This document shows positions 20,497-30,529 of a DNA stretch of 64,000 nucleotides, piece after piece. A program made the translations under genes and the position numbers. How positions within the stretch are numbered: position 1 is the first letter of the stretch; every line of letters starts with the position of its first letter. A model generated the notes under the pieces. That model searched no databases and was not told the DNA's origin. It saw only the letters and a program-made list of their open reading frames with translations. Source of the DNA: Bdellovibrionales bacterium (GTDB lineage: Bacteria; Bdellovibrionota; Bdellovibrionia; Bdellovibrionales; UBA1609); the NCBI GenBank assembly GCA_965203095.1, contig OZ241877.1, positions 1,280,001 to 1,344,000 on the forward strand. The letters are read 5' to 3'.

Positions 20497-21408
20497 TCAG
20501 CTTTTCTTTTTTTCAGAAAAATAGTTTAAAGCCAAAAAGCCAAAAAAAGCAGATGTGGCATAAAAAATAAAAATCAGCTTTTCTTCTGAAAGAACAAAAA
20601 AATCCGTTTTAGGTTCCGTTTTAGATAAGGGGTAAATGGCATAAAGACTGGTTAAAAGCAAGGCGGAGACAAAAGCCATAGTCTCATCAAAATGATTTTT
20701 CAAAAAATAATTCATCCACCGGGCCATAAAAAAGATCCCTAACAGTGCTCCCACAAAAAAACAAAAAATAATAGGGAGATCTCCTGCCTTTAAAGCTAAA
20801 AGTGTTTTTTCATACAAACCCAAAATGAGCAGAATATAAGATCCGGAAAGCCCAGGAATAATCAAAGTGCCCGCCACCACAAAACCGGCGGGGAAAAAAA
20901 GAAAAGGGGAAGGGTTTTTGGCAGGAAAAGAAAAAAGATTTTCCCCAAAAACAAAAACTCCACCACTAAGCAGGAAGAACATACAAAACAAAGTGAGGGT
21001 CCGGCGGGTCTTTTTCATTTCCCTAAAAGGTTTAAAGAGGCTGGCCAAAACCAAACCCACCAGAGCAGAATAAAATGGCAAAGCCCATCGCTCAATAAGC
21101 TCTGGAGCCAGGGCCACAAAAAGGAAAACTGCCAATAAAAGCCCCAACAATAAAGGGCTTAAAAAAGCCCAGTCATAGTTATTCCAAAAAAAAGGGCTTT
21201 TTGGCTTTTTTTTAAACAACAAGTAGGGCCTAATGCTTTTGAAATGCTTAGGCCCAGTTTTAGAAATCTCAAAAATAAGCTTTTTGTAAATGCCCAAAAC
21301 AAAGGCCATAGTTCCGCCGGAAATGCCAGGGAGCATAATGGAAGTCCCTAAAACAAAGCCTTTTAAAATAAGAGTGAGGAGGATCTTTGTCCGGTGAGTG
21401 GGCTTCAA
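20497..21408 (-). CDS. DUF368 family membrane protein
   Basis: Duplicated PGISGGT / PGLSGS motifs; multiple TM helices. Confidence 0.88.
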   Translation of the reverse strand: MKPTHRTKILLTLILKGFVLGTSIMLPGISGGTMAFVLGIYKKLIFEISKTGPKHFKSIRPYLLFKKKPKSPFFWNNYDWAFLSPLLLGLLLAVFLFVALAPELIERWALPFYSALVGLVLASLFKPFREMKKTRRTLTLFCMFFLLSGGVFVFGENLFSFPAKNPSPFLFFPAGFVVAGTLIIPGLSGSYILLILGLYEKTLLALKAGDLPIIFCFFVGALLGIFFMARWMNYFLKNHFDETMAFVSALLLTSLYAIYPLSKTEPKTDFFVLSEEKLIFIFYATSAFFGFLALNYFSEKKKS

Positions 21409-22766
21409 GGGCGGGCCTCTCTCATTGTGACGAACTCTTCAGCACTGGTGGGATGAATGCCTATGGTTTTGTCCCAATCCGATTTTTTTAATTGGTTTTG
21501 AACCGCCACAGCAAAACCTTGCAAAATCTCCCCAGCAGAGTCGCCTAAAATATGGCAACCTAAAACCCGATCGGTTTTAAGGCAAACAATCAATTTCATG
21601 TAAGTCTTTTCTTGAAATGGGGTCAAAGTGAGTTTTAAAGGTCGGAAATGGCTTTCATAAACTTTGATTTGAAAGCCTTTTTGCAAGGCCTGTTCCTCAC
21701 TCAAGCCCACTGTCCCCACCTCTGGTTGAGTAAAAATAGCAGAAGGGATATTTTCATAATTAAAACCATCATTTTTTTTATTGGCTTTATCGGAAAATAA
21801 TTTTTCACTAACAAAAATTCCCTCATTTAAGGCTACAGGGGTTAAATCATAAGGCCGATGGGCACAGTCCCCTATGGCCAACACATTAGGGCAAGAGGTT
21901 TGAAACTTTTTGTTCACAATAATTTGAGAAGAATCAGTTGAAATGCCCAAATCAGCTAAAGCCAATCCCTCAGTGTTGGCTTTTCGGCCTGTGGCCATTA
22001 AAACCTGATCTCCGGACCAAATATCTCCTTTGCTATCAGTCACATAAAGGCTTTGGCCTTTTTTTTCTATCAATATAGGAGTGCGATGGGCCAGCATTTT
22101 AATATTTTTTTGAGCCATCTCTTTTTGAAGATTTTTTCTTATATCTTTATCAAAACCAGACAAAACAAGCTGTTTTCTAAACATTACAGCTGTATCTGAG
22201 CCTAATCCTTTAAAAATACCGGCAAACTCCAAACCAATATAGCCTGCCCCTAAAACTAACAGAGATTGAGGAAGCTTTTTTAGTAAAAAAAGCTCATCCG
22301 AAGTAATGCAAAGCTCAGCCCCTTTCACTGGTAATTTGTGGGGTCGGCCCCCAACAGCAATCAGAATATATCGAGCAGTATAGGTTTTCCCTTGAACCTC
22401 CACAGTATGAGGCCCTTTTAAAACCCCTGAACCGGGAATATAATCCACATTATGCTTTTTTAAAATTTGCCTGTAGATGTTTTCTAACCGGCGAATTTCC
22501 CTATCTCTTGCACTGTAGAATTGAGACCAATTCAGTTTTGGGCTTTCCTTCAGTTCCCAGCCATAACTTTGAGCCACTTCAAAATCTTTTTTGAATGAGG
22601 AAGCATACAGCATGAGCTTTTTAGGGATACAGCCTCTGATGACACAAGTCCCGCCTAAGCGATCCTTTTCACACAAAGCGACCTTAGCCCCTAAGATAGA
22701 GGACCATCGTGCAGAACGGATACCCCCAGAGCCTCCGCCTATCACAAAAAGGTCATAATCATACAT
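21405..22766 (-). CDS. gor: glutathione-disulfide reductase
   Basis: GGGSGG, GGTCVIRGCIPKK, C-terminal HPTSAEEFVTM. Confidence 0.93.
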   Translation of the reverse strand: MYDYDLFVIGGGSGGIRSARWSSILGAKVALCEKDRLGGTCVIRGCIPKKLMLYASSFKKDFEVAQSYGWELKESPKLNWSQFYSARDREIRRLENIYRQILKKHNVDYIPGSGVLKGPHTVEVQGKTYTARYILIAVGGRPHKLPVKGAELCITSDELFLLKKLPQSLLVLGAGYIGLEFAGIFKGLGSDTAVMFRKQLVLSGFDKDIRKNLQKEMAQKNIKMLAHRTPILIEKKGQSLYVTDSKGDIWSGDQVLMATGRKANTEGLALADLGISTDSSQIIVNKKFQTSCPNVLAIGDCAHRPYDLTPVALNEGIFVSEKLFSDKANKKNDGFNYENIPSAIFTQPEVGTVGLSEEQALQKGFQIKVYESHFRPLKLTLTPFQEKTYMKLIVCLKTDRVLGCHILGDSAGEILQGFAVAVQNQLKKSDWDKTIGIHPTSAEEFVTMREARP

Positions 22767-22784
22767 AGCTTGAAAAATAAAGGT

Positions 22785-23384
22785 TCAAAAAAAGGCCATT
22801 TGCCCCGCTGTTTGAGAATAAGGAAACTTCAAAGCCTGCCGACCGGAAAGCCGAATAAGCTCTTGAACATCATTTGTGGAGAGAGAGTTCTTTTTTAAAA
22901 TATGCGTGAAAAGATAGCCACAGTGAAGGGCATCATTTTTCGCCCTGTGAAAACCACTCCCTTTAATTTTAAGATAACGACAAAGGGTTGAGAGTTTGTA
23001 ATTGGCTAAACCGGGAAAGCTCTTTCTGGCCAGTTGGCAAGTATCTAAAACCGATCCTGTAGGGGCGGGGGCTTCCTGCTCTTCGATCGCCCGACGGAGA
23101 AATTGAAAATCAAAAGGGGCATTGTGAGCCACTAAAAGACTATTCCCGCAAAATTGAGCGAAAGAAGGCAAAACTTCTTTAATAGGAGGTTGCCCTTTAA
23201 GCATCTCATCTGTAATCCCGTTGACGGCAGAAGCCTGTTCGGGAATGGGAATATCAATAGAAACCAGTTGTTGGTAGGATTCTTTCAGCTCGCCGTTTTC
23301 AAACCGCACAGCCCCTAATTCCACAATCTGATCGGCATGACTTAAGGTGCCTGTAGTCTCTAAATCAAAACTGACAAAATCCAT
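22785..23384 (-). CDS. DEDDh 3'-5' exonuclease (DnaQ-like)
   Basis: DLETTG, AHNAPFD, HRAKNDA. Confidence 0.9.
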   Translation of the reverse strand: MDFVSFDLETTGTLSHADQIVELGAVRFENGELKESYQQLVSIDIPIPEQASAVNGITDEMLKGQPPIKEVLPSFAQFCGNSLLVAHNAPFDFQFLRRAIEEQEAPAPTGSVLDTCQLARKSFPGLANYKLSTLCRYLKIKGSGFHRAKNDALHCGYLFTHILKKNSLSTNDVQELIRLSGRQALKFPYSQTAGQMAFF

Positions 23385-23627
23385 AAAAGCTCCTTTTTAA
23401 CTTATACTCGATCACATTTGATTTAAAAAAGAAAATTCGCCCTGTGTCAAAGCCTTTAAAAAGCCCTCCGTGAAAAAGTTAGTTCAAAAGTGGCTGAGTT
23501 TTAAAAAATTTTTGAATTGACCTCATCCTATTTTCTCTATTTTAATAAAGAGGGCAAAAAAGCTCCCTGTTTGAACAGGAGCTGGCTTATTCTATGAAAA
23601 TTCAAAACAGAGCCTAAGAGTTAAAAA

Positions 23628-25181
23628 ATGATTTTAGAACCTTTAATAGATTTCAATTCAGAGGAATTTAAAACTAACCGATCGGCTATGTTGGCCCGTG
23701 TGGCAAAGTTTCATAAAAGCTCAGAGGAGGTTTTCTCAGAGGGGTATCAGTCTGTTGGTAAAAAACTTCCTGTTCGAAAAAGGATTGAGCTTTTAAAAGA
23801 CCCTCAAACCGAATTTTTAGAATTTTCCCCTTTGGCCGGCTATAAAGTTTATGGGAAAAACTCTGCGGGTATAATTACTGGTGTGGCTCAGGTGTCCGGC
23901 CGAAAATGCGTGATTGTGGCCAACAACCCGGCAGTGAAAGGGGGAGCTTATTACCCCTTAACTGTTAAAAAACATTTACGAGCACAGGAAATAGCTTTAG
24001 AAAACCACTTACCCTGCATTTATTTAGTAGATAGTGGAGGGGCTTTTTTGCCTTTGCAGGCAGAGGTTTTTCCCGATAAGGATCATTTTGGAAGAATTTT
24101 TTACAATCAAGCTCAGCTCTCTGCTAAAGCCTGCCCTCAAATTTCTGTTGTGTTAGGGAGTTGCACTGCTGGCGGAGCTTATGTGCCCGCTATGTCAGAC
24201 GAAAATATAATCGTTCAAAATCAGGGAACTGTTTTTTTAGGAGGCCCCCCTTTAGTGGAGGCCGCTACGGGGGAAAAAGTCAGTGCTGAGGACTTGGGCG
24301 GGGCTTCCCTCCACTGTAGAACTTCTGGAGTTTGTGATCATCTCTCTTTAACGGAAGAAAAGGCTTTGCAAAAAGCTCGGCAAATCATTTCTCGCTTAGG
24401 TGCCAGCCTCCAGGACAAAAATAATGGAAAGCCCCTTCGTGAACCTCTTTATCCTTTAAAAAATCTTTATGGGATGATGCCTCCTTCTTTAAAAAAACCA
24501 GTGAATATGAAAAACATTTTGGCTTTCATTTTAGATGGCAGTGAGATAGATGAGTTTAAACCAGAGTATGGCCAAAGCCTCTTGACCGGCTGGGCTTATA
24601 TTTGCGGTTCTTTAGTTGGCATTGTGGCTAATAATGGGGTTTTATTTTCTGAAAGTGCTTTAAAAGCCTGCCATTTTATCGATCTTTGTGATCAACGGGG
24701 CATCCCTTTGGTTTTTTTTCAAAACATTACGGGCTTTATGGTGGGTAAGGAGTATGAAGAGCGGGGGATTGCTAAAGACGGAGCTAAAATGGTGACAGCA
24801 GTGAGTTTGGTTAGAGTGCCTAAATTCACTGTGATTGTGGGAGGTTCTTTTGGTGCAGGCAACTATGGTTTGTGTGGGAGGGCTTATCAGCCTCGGTTTT
24901 TGTGGATCTGGCCTTCAGCCCATATCTCTGTAATGGGGGGAGAGCAGGCCAGCAGTGTTCTGTGGGCATTAAAGAAAGGAACAGGGGCCAAAGAGGAAGA
25001 AGTTAAAAAGCCCATTTTGGAAAAATATGAAAAAGAAAGCTGTCCTTATTTTGCCACAGCTCGGCTTTGGGATGATGGCTTGATTGATCCTTTAGACACC
25101 AGAAAAGTTTTGGCTATGGGCTTAAACCTTGCTGGCAAAACTCCCGGAACTCTAAGGCAAAAAGCAGTTTATAGAATGTAA
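23628..25181 (+). CDS. liuB: methylcrotonyl-CoA carboxylase carboxyltransferase subunit
   Basis: [38 protein letters not shown]; clustered with a crotonase and a biotin carboxylase. Confidence 0.85.
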   Translation: MILEPLIDFNSEEFKTNRSAMLARVAKFHKSSEEVFSEGYQSVGKKLPVRKRIELLKDPQTEFLEFSPLAGYKVYGKNSAGIITGVAQVSGRKCVIVANNPAVKGGAYYPLTVKKHLRAQEIALENHLPCIYLVDSGGAFLPLQAEVFPDKDHFGRIFYNQAQLSAKACPQISVVLGSCTAGGAYVPAMSDENIIVQNQGTVFLGGPPLVEAATGEKVSAEDLGGASLHCRTSGVCDHLSLTEEKALQKARQIISRLGASLQDKNNGKPLREPLYPLKNLYGMMPPSLKKPVNMKNILAFILDGSEIDEFKPEYGQSLLTGWAYICGSLVGIVANNGVLFSESALKACHFIDLCDQRGIPLVFFQNITGFMVGKEYEERGIAKDGAKMVTAVSLVRVPKFTVIVGGSFGAGNYGLCGRAYQPRFLWIWPSAHISVMGGEQASSVLWALKKGTGAKEEEVKKPILEKYEKESCPYFATARLWDDGLIDPLDTRKVLAMGLNLAGKTPGTLRQKAVYRM

Positions 25182-25308
25182 GCCTCCGGCTTTTTTGGCA
25201 GGCCCACAATTTAATTTCTATGGAAATAGCCCTGCCACTTTTATCTATTTTAACATAAGCCAGTAAAAATAACTTGATAAGGCGGGAATTTTCAAGCAAA
25301 ACCAATAT

Positions 25309-26082
25309 ATGCCTACAGTTCTTGTTCATAAATTAAAAGAAGGCCGAGTTTGCCATCTGCAACTGAATCTTCCAGAAAAAAGAAATATTTTATCCTTAGA
25401 GGCCATTCAATCTTTAACAGCTCACTTAGAGGCTTTAAGCCAGGACCCTCATATTCATTTACTGCTTTTGTCTGGTAAGGGAGGGCATTTTTGTGCTGGA
25501 GGAGATCTGCGTTGGATGGTTCTCTCTCAAGAAAGCTCTGATTTGGAAAATATCAATCAAGTCAATTTACTGGCTAAAATGTTTTATACTCTTTCGGCTT
25601 TCCCCTTTCCTGTGATTGGGGAAATACAAGGTTCTGTTTTTGGAGGAGGGTTAGGCTTAATCGCACTTTGTGACATAGCTTTGGCCCATAAAGACTCTCA
25701 GTTTTGTTTTAGTGAGTTGAAGTTGGCCCTTGTGCCCGCACTGATTGCCCCTTTTGTTTTTAAAAAAATGCCTTTTTCCGCAGGGAGGGAGCTTATGCTG
25801 TCGGCCAGAGTTTTTAAAGCGGAGGAGGCTAAAAACTTAGGTTTGATTCACTTTGTGGGAGATAAAAAAGAATGTGATAGCTATTTAAATAAAACTATTG
25901 ATCAGATTTTAAATAATGACAAGATCGCTTTGAAACAAACTAAAAAACTTTTTTCAGTTTTGCCAGGGCTTTCTGAATCGGAGATGAGGGAATACACTGT
26001 TCAAGCTCTGGCGGAGAGGAGAAAAAGCCCAGAGGTTTCTAAACGAATAACTCGATTTTTAAAATCCCGGAAAAAAATTTGA
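25309..26082 (+). CDS. liuC: enoyl-CoA hydratase family (methylglutaconyl-CoA hydratase-like)
   Basis: FCAGGDL, GGGLGL, FSELKL; liu context. Confidence 0.75.
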   Translation: MPTVLVHKLKEGRVCHLQLNLPEKRNILSLEAIQSLTAHLEALSQDPHIHLLLLSGKGGHFCAGGDLRWMVLSQESSDLENINQVNLLAKMFYTLSAFPFPVIGEIQGSVFGGGLGLIALCDIALAHKDSQFCFSELKLALVPALIAPFVFKKMPFSAGRELMLSARVFKAEEAKNLGLIHFVGDKKECDSYLNKTIDQILNNDKIALKQTKKLFSVLPGLSESEMREYTVQALAERRKSPEVSKRITRFLKSRKKI

Positions 26083-26163
26083 GATGTTTAATTTTTGCAT
26101 AAGTCTGTCAAGTCTAAAAAAAGAATTGGCTTTTGAGAATGAGGTAAAACACTTTTAAAAAAT

Positions 26164-27642
26164 ATGGCTGTAATTAAAAAAGTAGCTGTGGCTAACCGAG
26201 GGGAAATCGCTAAAAGAATCCTTGGGGTTTGCCGGGAGATGGGCTTGCAAACGGTTTTACTTTATTCTGCCGGGGACAGGCAAAACGAAGCGTTTCGCTT
26301 AGCAGATGAGCGAATTTGCATCGGCCCTTCAGACCCTACTGAGTCTTATTTAAGTATTGAAAAGAATATCAATGGAGCTTTGTCCTCTGGGGCAGAGGCC
26401 CTTCATCCCGGCTATGGTTTTTTGTCTGAAAATTCGGAGTTGGCCCGGCAGTGTGAAAACAAGGGTCTTATTTTTATTGGTCCTCCTGCAGGGGCCATTT
26501 CGCTTTTAGGGAATAAAATTTCCAGCAAAAAACTGGCAGAAAAAGTGGGTGTGCCTACTCTCCCGGCCACAGGTGATTCTCACTCAGAGGAGTTTTTTGT
26601 TCAAAAAGCAAAGGAGATGTCTTACCCCGTCCTGATTAAAGCGGTTTGTGGCGGAGGAGGGCGAGCTTTAAGCTTGGTTCATAACGAAAAAGAATTAAAA
26701 CAAGCCCTGCCCTTAGCCCGTTTGTCCGCTTTGCAGAATTTTGGCAGTGAAGATGTTTTTTTGGAAAAATATTTATCTCAAGCAAAACATATTGAAGTTC
26801 AATTTTTTGTTTCAGCTGATAAAGAATTTTTTATTTTAGGCGATAGGGATTGCTCTTTGCAAAGGAGGCGTCAAAAAGTTATTGAGACTGCCCCCTCAGG
26901 CTTATCTCAAAAAATAAAGCGAGAAATGGAAGAGGCTTGCCGTGCTCTATGCCTCTCTTTAGATTATCGGTCAGCAGGAACTGTAGAATTTTTAGTTCAG
27001 GATGAAAAATTTTATTTTATGGAAATAAATACAAGATTACAGGTGGAGCACACAGTGACAGAAATGATTTATGGTGTGGATTTAGTAAGGGCACAAATTT
27101 TAACTGCTATGGGGCAACCTGCTTTTTGGAATAATGATATGAAACCCAAGGGATACAGTCTCCAGTGCCGGATATGTGCTGAAGATCCTCATCAAAATTT
27201 TTTACCTTCTGCTGGGCCTTTATTGTTTTGCCAGTGGCCCCAAGGAAGAGCTGTCCGGGGGGATACAGCTTATCAAACTGGGGATCTGATCTCTGCTCTC
27301 TATGATTCTTTAATGGCCAAAATTATTGTTTGGGATGACTCGCGGGTGAGGGCTATAGAAAAAATGAAAAAGGCTTTAGAAGAGACAATTATTTTTGGAG
27401 TTCAAACAAATATTCCGTTTTTAAATTGGCTTTTATCACATGAAGAGTTTATTGCTGATAAAGCCCAAACTCACAGTTTGGAAAGTTGGCACTCTTCTAA
27501 ATGGAGGGCGGAGGCTTTGCCTTTCCCTAAGGGCTTTCTTCAAGATTTTTTTAAAGAGTTGGAGGAACATCCTATTGATAACACAAAAAAGATTTCCTCT
27601 TTTAACCCTTGGTCTTATTTTTACAAACCCAACAAGAGTTAG
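26164..27642 (+). CDS. biotin carboxylase subunit of acyl-CoA carboxylase
   Basis: ANRGEIA, HPGYGFLSEN, RDCSLQRR, EINTRLQVEH. Confidence 0.93.
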   Translation: MAVIKKVAVANRGEIAKRILGVCREMGLQTVLLYSAGDRQNEAFRLADERICIGPSDPTESYLSIEKNINGALSSGAEALHPGYGFLSENSELARQCENKGLIFIGPPAGAISLLGNKISSKKLAEKVGVPTLPATGDSHSEEFFVQKAKEMSYPVLIKAVCGGGGRALSLVHNEKELKQALPLARLSALQNFGSEDVFLEKYLSQAKHIEVQFFVSADKEFFILGDRDCSLQRRRQKVIETAPSGLSQKIKREMEEACRALCLSLDYRSAGTVEFLVQDEKFYFMEINTRLQVEHTVTEMIYGVDLVRAQILTAMGQPAFWNNDMKPKGYSLQCRICAEDPHQNFLPSAGPLLFCQWPQGRAVRGDTAYQTGDLISALYDSLMAKIIVWDDSRVRAIEKMKKALEETIIFGVQTNIPFLNWLLSHEEFIADKAQTHSLESWHSSKWRAEALPFPKGFLQDFFKELEEHPIDNTKKISSFNPWSYFYKPNKS

Positions 27643-27644
27643 CC

Positions 27645-28016
27645 ATGATTTTTTTTGACAGAGAATGGAAAGGCAAAAACTACAGATTTTATGCACAAAA
27701 AGACGGGCAGTTTTTGTGGATACATTTCCAGGGGAGAACTTGGCTTTGGAATAGCAAAAAAACAGCTCCTAAGGCGGAAAAAGCGAGATTAAAAAAACAA
27801 AGCCTTATCAAGTCGGCTTTACCGGGGCAAATCCAAAAGATCAATGTCAAAAAAAATGAAATGATAAAAAAAGGGCAAAGCCTTTTGATAATGTCGGCTA
27901 TGAAGATAGAATACGATTTTAAAGCGGAAGGGTCGGGCCAAGTGGAGGAGGTTTTTTGCACCCCTCATCAGGTTGTGCCTGTTGGTCAAAAGCTTATGAA
28001 AATAAAATATTTTTAG
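27645..28016 (+). CDS. biotin carboxyl carrier protein
   Basis: SAMKIE biotinylation motif; ATG at 27645 directly follows the upstream stop. Confidence 0.85.
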   Translation: MIFFDREWKGKNYRFYAQKDGQFLWIHFQGRTWLWNSKKTAPKAEKARLKKQSLIKSALPGQIQKINVKKNEMIKKGQSLLIMSAMKIEYDFKAEGSGQVEEVFCTPHQVVPVGQKLMKIKYF

Positions 28017-28083
28017 ATAAATGGATTAAAAAATTGAAAGAAAAGGATGAGTTGGTATATAAAAAGGAAAGCGGGAGGTTTTT

Positions 28084-29382
28084 TTGATTTCTAATATATT
28101 TATAAAAGATCTGGCTGAGTTTGAGGGGAAGGAGGTCCGGCTGAAGGGCTGGCTTTGCCAATTCCGATCCAGCGGGAAAATCTCTTTTTTGGTTTTAAGG
28201 GATGGCACGGGGGAAATTCAATGCGTGTTTTCTGAAAAAACAAGTGAAAAAGAGAGTTTAAACCATCTCTCTAAAGTGAGTTTAGAGTGCTCAGTTCAAG
28301 TTGAGGGAAAAGTTAAAAAATGGAAACAAGGTTTTGAGATAGAGGCTCGCTATCTCAAAATTTTATCTCATAGCCACAACTACCCCATAGCCAAAAAATC
28401 TCATGGGGTGGATTTTCTCTTAAAGCATAGGCATCTTTGGTTGAGGTCTAAAAGGCAAAGGGCCATACTCTATATTCGTAATAAGGTAGGGCAAAATATT
28501 CATCGTTTTTTCCAAAAAGAGAATTTTGTTCAAATAGATACCCCTATCCTTATGCCCACAAGCAGTGAGGGGACTTCCTCTTTGTTTTCTGTCCGGTTTT
28601 TTGAGGAGGAAGATGTTTTTTTAAGCCAAAGTGGGCAGTTGCATGCTGAGGCGACGGTGCCTGCTTTTAGCCGAGTTTATTCCTTCGGCCCTACCTTTCG
28701 GGCGGAAAAATCCAGCACCCGGCGCCACCTGTTGGAGTTTTGGATGATAGAACCAGAAATGGCTTTTTGCACCTATCAAGAGGCCATGTCTATAGCAGAA
28801 AATTTGATAGAGTTTGTTGTTCAAAAAACCATTTCTTCTTGCAAAAGCCAGTTTGAAGTTTTAGGTAGGGATCTTAGCGGTTTAAAAAAAATTAAAGCTC
28901 CATTTCCTAAAATAAGTTATCAGTCGGCTTGTGAGATTTTAAAAGCTAAAAACCCGGATTTTCTCCCTGGAAAAGACTTTGGCGGGGCAGACGAAAGCAT
29001 TTTGAGCCAAGAGTTTGATCGCCCGGTTTTTGTCCATCACTACCCTAAAAACATTAAGGCTTTTTATATGAAAGAAGATCCTGAAGATCCTCAGCTGTCC
29101 TTAAGTTTTGATCTTTTAGGCACAGAATCTTGCGGAGAGCTTATTGGGGGCAGTCAAAGGGAGGATGACTTGGAGCTTTTAAAACAAAACATAAAAACTT
29201 TTGGCCTGGATGAAAAACACTTGGATTGGTATTTGGATTTAAGACGCTATGGCAGTTTCCCGCATTCTGGTTTTGGTTTGGGTTTAGAGAGGTTGGTCAG
29301 TTGGCTTTGTGCTTTAGATCATGTCCGGGAGGCCATCCCCTTCCCCCGCTTGTATGGTCGCTCTTTTTTTGAAAAAGGCTGA
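28084..29382 (+). CDS. asnS: asparagine--tRNA ligase
   Basis: OB-fold N-terminus, LSQSGQL, GPTFRAEKS, RHLLEFWM, GLGLERL. Confidence 0.95.
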   Translation: MISNIFIKDLAEFEGKEVRLKGWLCQFRSSGKISFLVLRDGTGEIQCVFSEKTSEKESLNHLSKVSLECSVQVEGKVKKWKQGFEIEARYLKILSHSHNYPIAKKSHGVDFLLKHRHLWLRSKRQRAILYIRNKVGQNIHRFFQKENFVQIDTPILMPTSSEGTSSLFSVRFFEEEDVFLSQSGQLHAEATVPAFSRVYSFGPTFRAEKSSTRRHLLEFWMIEPEMAFCTYQEAMSIAENLIEFVVQKTISSCKSQFEVLGRDLSGLKKIKAPFPKISYQSACEILKAKNPDFLPGKDFGGADESILSQEFDRPVFVHHYPKNIKAFYMKEDPEDPQLSLSFDLLGTESCGELIGGSQREDDLELLKQNIKTFGLDEKHLDWYLDLRRYGSFPHSGFGLGLERLVSWLCALDHVREAIPFPRLYGRSFFEKG

Positions 29383-29535
29383 TATACTATAGGCTTTTTT
29401 TAAAACTGTCTTATTTTGAGACACTTTTTATAAAAAAGCTTCTTTTAAAAATTTCGCATAAAGGTTGACATATTGTTGGAAAAAATGACACAAAAGCAGT
29501 AAATAGATTTACACTTTAATTAAAAGGAGTAGAAC

Positions 29536-29955
29536 ATGAGTGAAACCCCTCGCCGGCTCATCATACCGGAGGACAACTACTACTACACAGCAACCCATGA
29601 GTGGATCTGTATGGACGATAAAAACTCCATCACTGTGGGGATTACCTATTATGCTCAAGATAGCTTAGGGGAAATTGTCAGCTGGAAACTGCCTCAAAAA
29701 GGCCAGTTTTTTGAAAAAGCTCAAGCTTTTGGTTGGGTGGAAAGCAATAAAAGTGTCAGTGATATTTATATGCCAGTCTCCGGCGAAGTTGTGGAGATAA
29801 ATAATTCTCTCAGCCCCAGTCTCATTAGCGATCGGCCTATGGACGAAGGTTGGCTGATTCGGGTAGAGATCACTAAGGAGGGGGATTTGGTCTCTTTGCT
29901 CAACCCTTTAGCTTATCGAAAACTCATTGAACAGGAAATCAAAAACTTGAAATAA
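29536..29955 (+). CDS. gcvH: glycine cleavage H protein
   Basis: THEW, GITYYAQDSLG, lipoyl-lysine VESNKSVSD. Confidence 0.9.
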   Translation: MSETPRRLIIPEDNYYYTATHEWICMDDKNSITVGITYYAQDSLGEIVSWKLPQKGQFFEKAQAFGWVESNKSVSDIYMPVSGEVVEINNSLSPSLISDRPMDEGWLIRVEITKEGDLVSLLNPLAYRKLIEQEIKNLK

Positions 29956-29989
29956 AACCAGCTGAAGTGCATTTTGATAGGCTGGTTTT

Positions 29990-30100
29990 TATATGGGTTC
30001 ATGACATTTTAAGCTATGTTTGATATTATGCTGATCACAGTTGAATTTTCCGGTCAAAACAGAGTAGAAAAAGTAGGAATTTTCAAATAAAATCAGTATA
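29990..30100 (-). mobile_element. MITE-like repeat with an IS630-type end
   Basis: Reverse complement starts TATACTGATTTTATTTGAAAATTCC…TCTACTCTGTTTTGACCGGAAA, similar to 57563 and 53105. Left boundary is uncertain. Confidence 0.6.
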
Positions 30101-30123
30101 GATAAAGTGTTGAAATGGTTTAA

Positions 30124-30210
30124 GCCCGCGTGGCGGAACTGGCAGACGTGCTGGACTTAGGATCCAGTGCCTTTTTAGGCGTGGGGGTTCGACTCCCTCC
30201 GCGGGCACCA
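30124..30210 (+). tRNA. tRNA-Leu(TAG)
   Basis: Acceptor stem GCCCGCG/CGCGGGC plus ACCA, anticodon arm CTGGA-CTTAGGA-TCCAG, long variable arm, GGTTCGACTCC T-arm. Confidence 0.95.
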
Positions 30211-30454
30211 ATTTTTATGGATAAGCCTTCCCTATTTTTTTAATCAAAATGGTTAAGCTTTTCCACTTGTTAAAGCCTTATTTTTCAAGCCCGCTTTGTG
30301 AGCTTGCTAAAAATTCCCCCGGACTTGTTGGCTCTTGCAACAGCGGGAATCCAAAAAACCTTGCCATTTTGAAAACAGAGGGCAGGAGGGAGTCAAGGAC
30401 ATCCCTCTCAAAGCCTTATTTTTCAAGCCTTGTCTGGTTTTTTATAAAATAGCT

Positions 30455-30482
30455 TAAAGTTTTTTACAAAACCAACCGATAG
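30455..30482 (+). promoter_or_regulatory. FliA (sigma28)-like promoter
   Basis: TAAAG-N15-ACCGATAG upstream of the DUF262 gene. Confidence 0.5.
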
Positions 30483-30529
30483 ATAAATTAGTTTAAAAAA
30501 ATCTCTAAAACACACATTAGGAGGAATCA

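Noticed and set aside
27645..28016. Split biotin carboxylase/BCCP as a pseudogene
   Set aside because: Both ORFs look complete with a clean stop-start junction; separate subunits are common.
30190..30210. attR copy of the tRNA-Leu 3' end delimiting the island
   Set aside because: No second copy noticed in the window by eye, and no integrase.
30249..30452. 67-aa ORF after tRNA-Leu
   Set aside because: Made of direct repeats and a REP-like hairpin, with no SD or protein features.
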